DNA of 64,000 nucleotides from a virus: IMG/VR virus record IMGVR_UViG_3300020204_000007, positions 1 to 64,000 of that record; one strand, 5' to 3'. Shown piece by piece: positions 9,531 to 19,900 of this stretch (position 1 is its first letter; each line of letters starts with the position of its first letter). The notes under the pieces were generated by a model. It saw only the letters and a program-made list of their open reading frames with translations, ran no database searches and was not told where the DNA came from. The position numbers and the translations under genes were made by a program.

Positions 9531-11068
9531 TTTACCCTCATAATATATAGAGCAGTAATATATTTAGGTTCTGTTGACGCAGAATTTGTCGTTGGAGACG
9601 CTCCGCCTGTTGTCATGTCATTACGCCCATCTAATCCGCCACCATGAGTGGTTCTTGGCTGAATCCAGTGACGGTGCCAATCTACATGATGCCAGTGCGA
9701 ACCAGCGCCATCAATTCCAAACTCTCTTGAAGACGGTGGATCGCGTTCGCCTCGAATGTAATAGTAATTGCTAGTTCGGTCACCAGATCCATCTGGGAAA
9801 CCTGTAGATGCTACGTTTTCGGTATTGTGCCAGTGCCATCCGGCATCATTAGTACGGGCTCCATAGCCATAATAATCTTGGTATGTATTACCCGACCCAT
9901 CACCATATGGATAATGACCCCATTGAGAACCGTCATTTGACCAATGCGCACCATAATAATGATAATGGCCAGGAGATGTATGAGTATGGTTTGGGGTCGT
10001 GTGTTGGTGCGTGTTGCTACCACCTGTGGCATTAGAAGTTAAATTGCCCTTCAAAAATACATCATTATTAATATTAGGAATAGTTCTTCCGTTTAATGGA
10101 CTAGTTGCATCGGCAATCACTTGACCATTGCACCGCACATAACCAAAAACATCGGCGGCAGTAGTTGCAACACAAGAATACGCACCAGTTAGCGCAGGCA
10201 CGGTTGCAATAACTGCGCCTAGCGGTACAAATCCTACTCCAGAAGCTGTACCGTTAATAGTGATTGAACCATTAATAGTAACGCTGCCATTTGTTGTTAG
10301 CGTTCCATTTGTTGTTAATGTTCCATTTGTAACAAATGTGCCTGTAGTAGTGGTATCGTTTAATGTTTTATTATTAATTATTTGCGAATTTGTTGTACCA
10401 ACAAATGTATCTGTATTATCGGGCAGAGTCCAAATTCTATTAGAACTGGCTTGCGACACAATTTTATGCGTAAACGCTGAACTACTTGCTTCTAATGAGA
10501 TAACACCTAATTTATTTGGAGATTTAAATAACCATTCGTTTCTATCTGAAGAAATTTTTATATATGCAGTAATTGCAGAATTTTCTTCAATTTCAAAACC
10601 AGAACCAGATGCAGAGGCAATCAAACCATTTTTATTTAATGTGATTAATTTATCAAAAATTTCTGTATCGGTTGATTGAATTTTATTAACAGTGCCATAT
10701 AAATTAACAGTTGTCCCAACTTTACCAATATTTATTGTTGAAGCTGAAATAGTCCCTAAATTAAGAATATTGCCGTCTGATTCGACTGAGCCGGCATTTT
10801 GGATTATAAGATTTTTGGAATATGTATTATTCCAAAATAATAAAGAAGATCCTAAATTAACTGATAAAGTAGAATTAGGTTCTATCGATGTCAAACTACG
10901 ACCATTAAATGAAATAAGATCGGCTGATGAATTTCCTAAATCTACATTTGCATTAAAGAATGCGTTATTTTGAAAAAATACTTGAGAATCAAAATTTGCA
11001 GAACCAGTGACATCTAGATGATGACTAGTCGGATTTTTACCAATTCCTACCCTGCTTATAATTCTCAT
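9527..11068 (-). CDS. Tail fibre / receptor-binding protein with collar-like domain and His-rich tip (513 aa)
   Basis: VPLGAVIA..GYVRCNGQ..TIPNINNDVFLKG collar-like motif; HQH, HTH, HYH, HWHH, HRH motifs; ends EPKYITALYIMRVK. Confidence 0.8.
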   Translation of the reverse strand: MRIISRVGIGKNPTSHHLDVTGSANFDSQVFFQNNAFFNANVDLGNSSADLISFNGRSLTSIEPNSTLSVNLGSSLLFWNNTYSKNLIIQNAGSVESDGNILNLGTISASTINIGKVGTTVNLYGTVNKIQSTDTEIFDKLITLNKNGLIASASGSGFEIEENSAITAYIKISSDRNEWLFKSPNKLGVISLEASSSAFTHKIVSQASSNRIWTLPDNTDTFVGTTNSQIINNKTLNDTTTTGTFVTNGTLTTNGTLTTNGSVTINGSITINGTASGVGFVPLGAVIATVPALTGAYSCVATTAADVFGYVRCNGQVIADATSPLNGRTIPNINNDVFLKGNLTSNATGGSNTHQHTTPNHTHTSPGHYHYYGAHWSNDGSQWGHYPYGDGSGNTYQDYYGYGARTNDAGWHWHNTENVASTGFPDGSGDRTSNYYYIRGERDPPSSREFGIDGAGSHWHHVDWHRHWIQPRTTHGGGLDGRNDMTTGGASPTTNSASTEPKYITALYIMRVK

Positions 11069-11072
11069 TTTC

Positions 11073-13355
11073 TCACCTTAAATGCCTTGTAAACATTACT
11101 GTCAATGATTGGGAACCATCTGGTGTAGAATCAAGAGTTACTCCAGTGTTAGTTTGAGTTCCACCAATCCACACATTTTGGCCCGAAGAAGTAATTCTAG
11201 TATTCCAGATAAAGTCTGTTGTATTTCTTAAAAATCCATGATTAACAGACGTTGTTGTAGATATACTAGTTGTTACTCCTGTAATAATTTTAGTCAAATC
11301 TCTTTGCAAGGCAAGACCTTCTACTTGTATAACAGAACCGTCAAAAAATTGAAGACTGGTTATACCATTAACTGTAGCTCTTCTTGCAAGAAGAAGAACA
11401 TTTTTGTTTCGTAAATCTCTCACTGGATTTTTTGAAGCTGGTAAAATTTGATAAGTATCTTCAGCATAACCTGCGTCGTAAATATCTACAACTCCAGAAG
11501 TTAGACTAACTGGTGTAGATGTTGAATCATCATTTAACCTAACCCAAAGTCCATCACCATCATTAGCAAAATTCAATGATGCAGAATCAATAGTAAATGT
11601 ATGCCACGCGTCGGCATTATTTAATCCAACGCTAACTAAATTATTAGTTTTGCGTTTTTGTATAGTGATTAAATTACTATTTAATGAAGAAAAAACACCG
11701 GAGTTATTTATTTCAATGCCATGATTTAATTTTAAAAATAAATTTGGAATGCTTCTTACCGGGGAAGAATCCGCATCTTCCATCAAAGGAACTTCTTCCC
11801 CAGGCTGCATGACTCCATAATTTCTTAATTGAAACAAATTACCTTTTCTTCGGCCTAAAAAATACATGTTGATATCATCAACAGGGAGAATCAAAGGAGA
11901 AGCATCAACACTTTGAACTTTTAAGCCCTGAGAATCAGAAGTGACAAATAAATCTGATAATTGATATCTTTGCCTAAACCATCTAAATGGTTCTGTTGAT
12001 GGCACATCGATGGGGTATTCAATAATCAAGCCAGTGGTAATGCTAGTAGCTACGCGCCCACTAGTAGTGTAAACAATGCCGCCTTCTACAATTCCAGTCA
12101 CTCGATTGTATTGATAATAATCATCACCAAGTTTTCTGATATAATCACCAATTGCTACACCAGTAAAATCGCCTTCTTGGCCAGATACTGTTACATTTTG
12201 TGCCGGTGGAGAAGCAATTAATAATGTTTCTACGCCCCATTTTACACTGTTACCACTTGATTCGGTAGGAATTTTTTCTCGATCTAATTTAACAAAAAAA
12301 GCAGCGTTGTCTGGAATAACTGCAGTAAAATCAGTATCTGAATATACACGATTTGTAAATGGATTGATGAATGTTCCGCCTAGTTCCCACTTAATTGGTC
12401 CATAATTCATGGTCAAAGATAAAGGAGCGGAGGAAGAAGACAATGATCGACTTTTTAATGCGGTACCAGTCCAAGTTAATGTACGGCCATCAGTTGATGG
12501 CACAAAGGCCGTTGCATTTGGATTCAAAAACAAAAGACTTGGAATAGTTTTTCCGGCAATCGGCGTATACCAGCTAGCAGAACCTTTCATTTCTGCTATC
12601 AAAGTCATGACTGCGTCCATCCATTCTTTTAAATTAGTTAATGCTTTATCATTGATTGCACCATTTGCATCTTGGTAATAATATGGATTTTCTGTTGTAA
12701 ATTGATTTAAATAGATGGAAGACGCGGGTAAAGCATTTTCTGCTCGATTGGAAGACCAATTAAATTTTTTATAAGGGCTTGGTAGAGCTCCACCACTACC
12801 TAATCTGAAAAATAAATCTCGGGCATCTGAAATATTAATAACATTTGTGCTATCTGTTTTTAAAATAGCGATTGGTATTGCATCTACTGAAAATCCTTCA
12901 GTATTATATCGTAGTTGGAGTTTGATGATAGATTGAAAATCAACAGAAGCGTTGAATTCTTGACCTGCTGGATTTTGATCATTAGTATTACTAGGATCAA
13001 AAAATGCGGCAGAAATTGGTGTAGTTGTTACCCTTTCTACAAAAGCTTCAATAAACACTTTTTCTGTGCTGGGAGGAACATTAATAATTTCGTCTTCTGC
13101 ATCTGGTAAGCCATAAAAAAATGAAGCTTCATTATCAAGAGGCAATAAAACTACAGCGTTAGAAATTTTAACAGTTACCGTAAACCCGTTAAGAGCGGTA
13201 ACTTCTAGTCCTTTGACAACATAATTTTTTTCTAATCCATTAAAAACATAGGCAAAAGCGCGTAAATCAAATGCGTTAAAAGAATCTGTGGCAACCATAT
13301 GTTGCAGATCTAATCTTTGTTGTGAAAGATAATTAACCCTGCTCAAAATTGCCAT
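11073..13355 (-). CDS. Baseplate / tail-fibre attachment structural protein (760 aa)
   Basis: Lies between baseplate wedge genes and fibres; beta-rich; N-terminal RVNYLSQQRLD..NYVVKGLEV resembles phage baseplate-associated proteins. Confidence 0.55.
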   Translation of the reverse strand: MAILSRVNYLSQQRLDLQHMVATDSFNAFDLRAFAYVFNGLEKNYVVKGLEVTALNGFTVTVKISNAVVLLPLDNEASFFYGLPDAEDEIINVPPSTEKVFIEAFVERVTTTPISAAFFDPSNTNDQNPAGQEFNASVDFQSIIKLQLRYNTEGFSVDAIPIAILKTDSTNVINISDARDLFFRLGSGGALPSPYKKFNWSSNRAENALPASSIYLNQFTTENPYYYQDANGAINDKALTNLKEWMDAVMTLIAEMKGSASWYTPIAGKTIPSLLFLNPNATAFVPSTDGRTLTWTGTALKSRSLSSSSAPLSLTMNYGPIKWELGGTFINPFTNRVYSDTDFTAVIPDNAAFFVKLDREKIPTESSGNSVKWGVETLLIASPPAQNVTVSGQEGDFTGVAIGDYIRKLGDDYYQYNRVTGIVEGGIVYTTSGRVATSITTGLIIEYPIDVPSTEPFRWFRQRYQLSDLFVTSDSQGLKVQSVDASPLILPVDDINMYFLGRRKGNLFQLRNYGVMQPGEEVPLMEDADSSPVRSIPNLFLKLNHGIEINNSGVFSSLNSNLITIQKRKTNNLVSVGLNNADAWHTFTIDSASLNFANDGDGLWVRLNDDSTSTPVSLTSGVVDIYDAGYAEDTYQILPASKNPVRDLRNKNVLLLARRATVNGITSLQFFDGSVIQVEGLALQRDLTKIITGVTTSISTTTSVNHGFLRNTTDFIWNTRITSSGQNVWIGGTQTNTGVTLDSTPDGSQSLTVMFTRHLR

Positions 13356-13365
13356 TAATTTTCAC

Positions 13366-16300
13366 CTATTCTTGAAAAGGAGCAATACCAGGATCTTCAT
13401 ATTTTAAGTCAGGTAATTGCACTTTTATATTTAATTTTACTCCAACACTTACTAAAGTTTGCAGAGTTTGTTGAAGTGTAACTCGCACTTGTGTTGCACC
13501 TGTAATATACACCGGATATTGTTTTCCGCCTATGCCAATCTCTGGAGCAGATGGTTTGCTGATAACTCGAATATATGAATTTGCTGAATGCGAATTTTTA
13601 AACACATAAGCCGGATCAATTTTTAATTGAGCTGGATTACCTGGAATTGCCAAATCATATTTTATAGGCCCTTCTTGTAAAGAATTACCAAAATTAATAA
13701 TGCAAAATCCAGACGATGGCAAATTTTCTGTAGAATCAATATATAAAATACCAGGAGATTCAAATGAAACAATTGGTCGTTCTAGTCTAGAAAAATTTGC
13801 AGATATTGTATACGGAGAAATTTTCCCAGTAACATCGTATAAATACGACCCAACAATATTTTGGTTTTCTGGAATAGAGGCAGAGGCTAAAAATAATGTT
13901 GCATTCTTAAAAAAGTTATTTCTATTCCATTGACTTAATGGTTTTGGCATATAATATCTAAATTCTTCGCCACCAAAAACACCAGACCGACGACATTTAC
14001 CATCACGAATAATAACCCAAGTACTGGGGTCTATTGGATTATAATCTAATGGAACGCCAATATTTGATTTAAAATAAACAAATTTGTCTTCTTGGCTATG
14101 AACTTGTAGATAAATAGTTTTCAAGTAGGTTGCAATACCAAATCTAGAAATTGGAATAAATCCAAAATCTAATAATTTAACTATTGAACCGTTTGTAAAT
14201 TTTGCATAACCTCTAGAAATACGATCTGGAAACTCAAAGGCAATATCGGTTTTTCGAGAGGCGTCTGGTTTAAATATTACGTTAAATCCAAAAATCCATG
14301 CACCATTATATTTAATAGGCGCTCCAAGCGGACCATCATTTGCAGTCGGTGTTGCTACTTTAAATACTGTAGGTGTTGCTAAACTTGGGTTAAATCCACT
14401 TCTTAATCTCAGGCGAGTATCAGAAATAATTGAGGCAACTTCTCTGTTTTGAGTTGTAGACAAGATAATTAAATCATTTGGTTTGACTTCAGATAAAAAT
14501 TTTGTACCAACACCGTAAACGTTTTTTCCAACCGATGTAATAGTGCCTGAACCATATGGCGCAGGGCCAGTTCCTAAAATTTCAAATGAGAATTTTTCTT
14601 TATCTAGAGTACGTCTTACTTTATGCAATTTATTGATATCATCACGTAATAATTTTCCGTTGACAGATTCAACGGGATTAAAATAACTCGCCATCATAAA
14701 AATATCTACATACAACGTTTCTGTAGTATTCATATAACTTAATTGAAATTGAGTGTCGCTTTGAATTCCAACATTATCTTTAAAAAAGATTCTTGGGCCT
14801 TCAAAAATAGAATGCGGCTGCAAATTCATAGAATTAGCTGGCGGCCTAATTCTAATTTCTGTAATTAGATTATTAGAAAATAAATTATGAATAATTGTAA
14901 TTGTGTTTTCGCTATTTGGAGAAGCTGGTAATGGCAAATTAATAGAAACAATTCTAGTAAAATTAGCAAAGACATGTTGATAGTCAAGAACGTAAGTATT
15001 AACATTTGCTAATGATTGATGCGGCGCTGAGGTAAATTTTACAGTATTCACATCATCAACAATTCTAATACCGTGCAAATTAGAATTAGTATCTGCATCT
15101 GCCATCATGAAAGATGTATATATAGTATTAAAATTATGAGTGTATGTAGTTGTTGTATCTGAGCTAGGATATGTATTGGGTCCAATAGATCTGGTGACTT
15201 CGCCGGCTACAACATCTGGATTCATTGAACACATTACAGCTCTTACGAATCTTTCATCTGGCGTTGGAATACAACGCAGCAATGTACTATTATCTGGATC
15301 TTCTGGATCTGGAAGATAATTAAAATAATATTTTTCTTGAGTTAATTCATCGATAAATTGAATATAAAGTAATTGTGTATCCATTCCATTTTCAAATGAA
15401 ACTTCATCCGCATCTGGCGGAATTCTAATATTTTTTATTGTTTTATGTTTAAAAATAGGCTGGTCAAGATTTACATCTTCAAATTTGACTTCTTCAATAT
15501 TTTCTAAATTATGGTTTAAACGTGGTGTGTCAATTATTAATTCTGAATTATCAAGATAACCATTAATAGGATCTTTCATTTGAACAGATTCAAATGCCAC
15601 CCCACATTCAGTGGCTGATAAATATGGTGTGCTATTTTGAATAGCTTCGTCAATAACTAATTCTTGAGTATTTCCAGACGGAACGTTTTTGTTATTATAA
15701 TAAAAATATTTTTGTATAAATCCATTAGAAAATCTAGCCGAGCGAAGAGCTACAACTCCAGAATCTGGAAAAGAGTTTGGAAACGGAATAATTAATTTAG
15801 ATGGGTTAATATCTAATAATTGAGCAGTTTGGTTTCTAAACCTAGATGCTCCTTCTTGTTTTTTTCTTACAATAGGGGGAATTACTGGAATATTAACATC
15901 TACAATTCCTGATCGAGCTTCAGAAACGTATGCAAAAAGATCGTTTGTGAAAATAGTGCGAAAATCTTTTGTTGTGATCGCAAAATTTGAAGATTCAGAT
16001 TGAGTAAAATTTACATTTGTATATAAAAAATTAAATGTTTTTATTTCAAAATAATCATAACCGCAATTAATTATTTCATAAGTTCCATTTAATTTTGAAA
16101 ATTCAACAAATGTTGAATCAACTAAATTAGAAATAGAAATATGATCCCCAATATCAAGTATTGGTAAATTTGGATTTGGTCCACCAATCCATGTGAATCG
16201 AACTACGTCAGAATAAATTGCGTCAGAATAATGATTTACGCGCCACTCTGTTCCTACAGAACTGCATGAATCTTTATATCCTTCAAATTTTAATTTATTT

Positions 16301-16911
16301 TGTACTGATCCGCCAATTACTTTGATTTTAGCAGAAATGCCAAAATCTCTACTTACAATACGAACTCCACTTTTCCTTGTTGTTTTATTTGTAACAATAT
16401 CTGCATACAGTTCTGGAACCTGAGCATTTATTGTGCTGGCAATTTGTGCTGCAGAAATATTTGAAATATCATTAAATTTATCTGCAGAAAATAAAATACT
16501 AAAAACGCCAGACTCTGTTTGTACTAATAATGTGTCTTTATCTGATAAATTAAATGGTTCAGAAATAGTACTAGAAACAGTTGGATGAAGGACTGCGGAA
16601 CCATAAAAAACTTCAATAATTTTATTTAATGTAGGAACAGATTGTTTTGGAGCAAAAATTGAAGGGAGAGCCAATTGCCGAAAAGAGTTTTGGTCTAATC
16701 CAGAGTTTTGTGAAATAGAAAAATTATATCTATTGGCAAGACTTGTTAAAAACCCACTTTCTGCAGTAGTTAGAAATAATTGTTTTCTGGCTTGAGAAAG
16801 CTGCTCAATAACAAAAGTATCACCAGTCGCAATTGCTTGCAGCAGACCTCTTAATGTAGTCTGCTCTTCTTTTAAGAATGAGTCTGGCAGAAAATCAAAA
16901 ACAGAACTCAC
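13366..16911 (-). CDS. Baseplate wedge protein (tail protein I / gp7-like position, 1181 aa)
   Basis: N-terminus FLPDSF..LFLTTAESGFLTSLANRY..D.NSFRQL and C-terminus LQTLVSVGVKLNIKV are typical of the wedge protein that follows baseplate J. Confidence 0.65.
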   Translation of the reverse strand: MSSVFDFLPDSFLKEEQTTLRGLLQAIATGDTFVIEQLSQARKQLFLTTAESGFLTSLANRYNFSISQNSGLDQNSFRQLALPSIFAPKQSVPTLNKIIEVFYGSAVLHPTVSSTISEPFNLSDKDTLLVQTESGVFSILFSADKFNDISNISAAQIASTINAQVPELYADIVTNKTTRKSGVRIVSRDFGISAKIKVIGGSVQNKLKFEGYKDSCSSVGTEWRVNHYSDAIYSDVVRFTWIGGPNPNLPILDIGDHISISNLVDSTFVEFSKLNGTYEIINCGYDYFEIKTFNFLYTNVNFTQSESSNFAITTKDFRTIFTNDLFAYVSEARSGIVDVNIPVIPPIVRKKQEGASRFRNQTAQLLDINPSKLIIPFPNSFPDSGVVALRSARFSNGFIQKYFYYNNKNVPSGNTQELVIDEAIQNSTPYLSATECGVAFESVQMKDPINGYLDNSELIIDTPRLNHNLENIEEVKFEDVNLDQPIFKHKTIKNIRIPPDADEVSFENGMDTQLLYIQFIDELTQEKYYFNYLPDPEDPDNSTLLRCIPTPDERFVRAVMCSMNPDVVAGEVTRSIGPNTYPSSDTTTTYTHNFNTIYTSFMMADADTNSNLHGIRIVDDVNTVKFTSAPHQSLANVNTYVLDYQHVFANFTRIVSINLPLPASPNSENTITIIHNLFSNNLITEIRIRPPANSMNLQPHSIFEGPRIFFKDNVGIQSDTQFQLSYMNTTETLYVDIFMMASYFNPVESVNGKLLRDDINKLHKVRRTLDKEKFSFEILGTGPAPYGSGTITSVGKNVYGVGTKFLSEVKPNDLIILSTTQNREVASIISDTRLRLRSGFNPSLATPTVFKVATPTANDGPLGAPIKYNGAWIFGFNVIFKPDASRKTDIAFEFPDRISRGYAKFTNGSIVKLLDFGFIPISRFGIATYLKTIYLQVHSQEDKFVYFKSNIGVPLDYNPIDPSTWVIIRDGKCRRSGVFGGEEFRYYMPKPLSQWNRNNFFKNATLFLASASIPENQNIVGSYLYDVTGKISPYTISANFSRLERPIVSFESPGILYIDSTENLPSSGFCIINFGNSLQEGPIKYDLAIPGNPAQLKIDPAYVFKNSHSANSYIRVISKPSAPEIGIGGKQYPVYITGATQVRVTLQQTLQTLVSVGVKLNIKVQLPDLKYEDPGIAPFQE

Positions 16912-19900
16912 AATAGAACATCCTCTGGTTTTGAAATACGAGGAACTTCAAAACTTCCTACTTTAATAACACCTTCGTTAGCTATCGGTAAAGTAAAATC
17001 AATTTGTACATTTTTAACACCAGGAACTTCTTGTACATGTTTTATGATTTCACTAACTACAACTTCTTTGCCAACTCCCAAAGCATTTATATAAGAAGTA
17101 ATTGCAGATTTAACTGGATTTTTGATTGAATTCAAAGAAATACCATCTTTTGAATCAACAGTTAATGCTATCTGAATACTCTTAATTAGTGGCGCTGAAA
17201 CTTCAATTGATGTTCCAGCGGCTCGAACTCCTGGGTAGGCAATTATGTTAGACGGAAGGCCATCAAGAACGCGATGGGCTTCTGCAATTAATTCCGTGTA
17301 ATATTTGTAACCATCTACACCAACAGTCGTTGATTCATCAAAATCTAGTTTATGCAAACATTTTATTTTTGTATTGAATGCCGGACTGAGTTTATATGCA
17401 GATGTTTGCGGCATCAAATATAATTCAGCATCATTTTGAATTGCGTTATGGTGAGCGTATCCAGAAACCCATCTATATGATTTAAATGGGACAGATTCTT
17501 GAAAAAGAATTGCATTTTTTGAATTTGCTAAAAATAAAGTTTTAGAAACGCTTGTTGCATTTGGAATAATTGCTTCAACAAATAAATCAAATTCATTATT
17601 CAGGCCAATTTTTGTTATTGTCCAAGAACCGATCAACGATGTATCAAACCATGTTGGAGTTCCTGGACTAGCGTTTTTAATTATTAAAATATCATTCTCA
17701 AAAACAGAATCAGAATCCCAAATGCGAATGTGGCGTTTATCTGCGGTATTCTGAGAATGCGTATCGTTAATTGGACCAGATTGCCATTTTAAATTACCAA
17801 CCGCACCATCGGCATTAATTTCAGTATTTCCAAGAGCCAAAATTTCTGCTACTGCATTATCATTTTTAATGATGAAAATATTTTTGCCATTATGAGCGAC
17901 AATTCTAAATTTTCCTCGATTTTGAATTGCAAATGCTTCTGAAAAATAAATCCAATCGTCTGTGCTAACAGAAAGATCACGAAGTTGCATATCTTCGTGA
18001 GAAGAAAAAGAAAAATCTACGTAAACAAATCCATTTCCTAATGGTTTAATTCTGTAATAAACAGATTCATCATTAGAAATTTTCCAATCTGAAGAAATTT
18101 TAGGCACTCCAGATTTATAATTTGTTTTTATATTTTTTTCGTTTTTAAGCATTGGCACAAACATAAACTCTGTAGTTTCTCTATTCAGACCAATACCAGA
18201 TACATTGATTTCATCGTCCATAATATTTGTTCTAGAAGTCTGAACGTAAATATCATTTAAATTTTTTGCAACAATTCTAAATCTTCCGTTATTGGAAGAT
18301 TTTATAAAACCAGAAATAGAAACAACATCACCGACAGAAAAATCTGATTGATTGTTGAGTGGGCCTATTTTGATAAAACCTGTATATATTCCAGAAGATT
18401 GGTAGATTGCAGACATTGTCCCAGAATCAATAGTGTTTCTTGCTACAACAGTTTCTGTTGTAATATTTGGAGCAATTACATAAATGATTTTTTCATCTTC
18501 AATATGCACTACCGGATAACCAATATACTTTCCTGTTTCATCTTCAATAGGAGAAATACATTGATTATTTGTATTAAATATAGATGTATAGTTGCATAAA
18601 AACGGAGAAGTTGTTGATTGCGATCCGCGAAGAATAAGCATATCTCCAACTTTTGCGTTGAATACGCCAGAACCGCTTGTAACTTGTAATTTTGCAATTG
18701 CAGAATTCACTTTTGTAATTTCGACAGTTTCACCACCAATAATACCGCTTTGGGATTTTCTAAAAACAAAACGACCATTATTCGGACTAGGGCGAGAGTA
18801 TGCTACTCCCGTGGAAATTTTAAACCAAGTTTCAATATCCGGAGAGTTATTGGGTGTGATTTTTGAGTCTAACGTAGATGCGCTTGGCTGAGTTCTGTAT
18901 GCTTTATAAATCGGCGCTGGAATAAGATTATAAACTTCAACAAATGAACCACGCGGCATTGATTGTGCTAAAGAAAAATCTGTTCTAATTTTAACAGAGC
19001 TATCTTGTCTTGATGCAGAGGTTTTGGCGCTTGCAATCACTGAATTTGCAGTAACACCTGTAATTTTGACTGCGCCAGAAGAACCTAGATTATAAGAATT
19101 GAATTGAATATAATATTCATCTTGAATACGTGAAATTTCTGCCTGAATATCTAAAGGACTAATTGCAGTAAATCTAAGCCACCGTTCAAGCGCTTTTGCC
19201 ATTCCTGGAATCAAAATGCACTCTTGGTCTGCATATACAGAACTAAATCCTGTATTTAATATTTTCTGCTGAGATGGTAATGGAGCATCATCATATTGTA
19301 CCAACGCTGTAATTTTATTATCTATGGGCGAGTAGGTATGTATGTGTGCAATGCATCCAAAAGGCGCTCTGGCTGAATGATAATAATTACTATTTAAAAT
19401 AGAAGTTAAATCATTTCGTGCCGTAGTATTACCATGAGTATGGTACGTTGGATATTTAACAATTTTTGTTTTATCTGTAGTTTCAGTGACATCAATGGTA
19501 AAAACAGGATTGTCAACGTAGTATTCTTGACATTTATCAAGAATGTCTTGGATAGTTTTTGGTTCCAACGTATATGTCTGAATTGGTGCATAATCAGAAA
19601 TATAGCTAACTGGCGTATAAGAATTCATTCTAATACCAGGCGCAGAAACTACAACAGTATCTGGATCTGGTGTTTCGATAACTAAATAAGAACCTGAATA
19701 TAGTTCTGTACCACCAATATTTAAAATATCGCCAATAACAAATGCACCAGATAAGTTAATAGAAATTGCGCTAATAGTGAATTTAACAATGTTTGCGCCA
19801 GTTGGGCTTGTATAATCTGATGGCGTAATAGTATATGATCCAGTATATTGCGTTCCTAAAACTGCTGGTCCAGAACATAATGTACATGTAATAACTAAAA

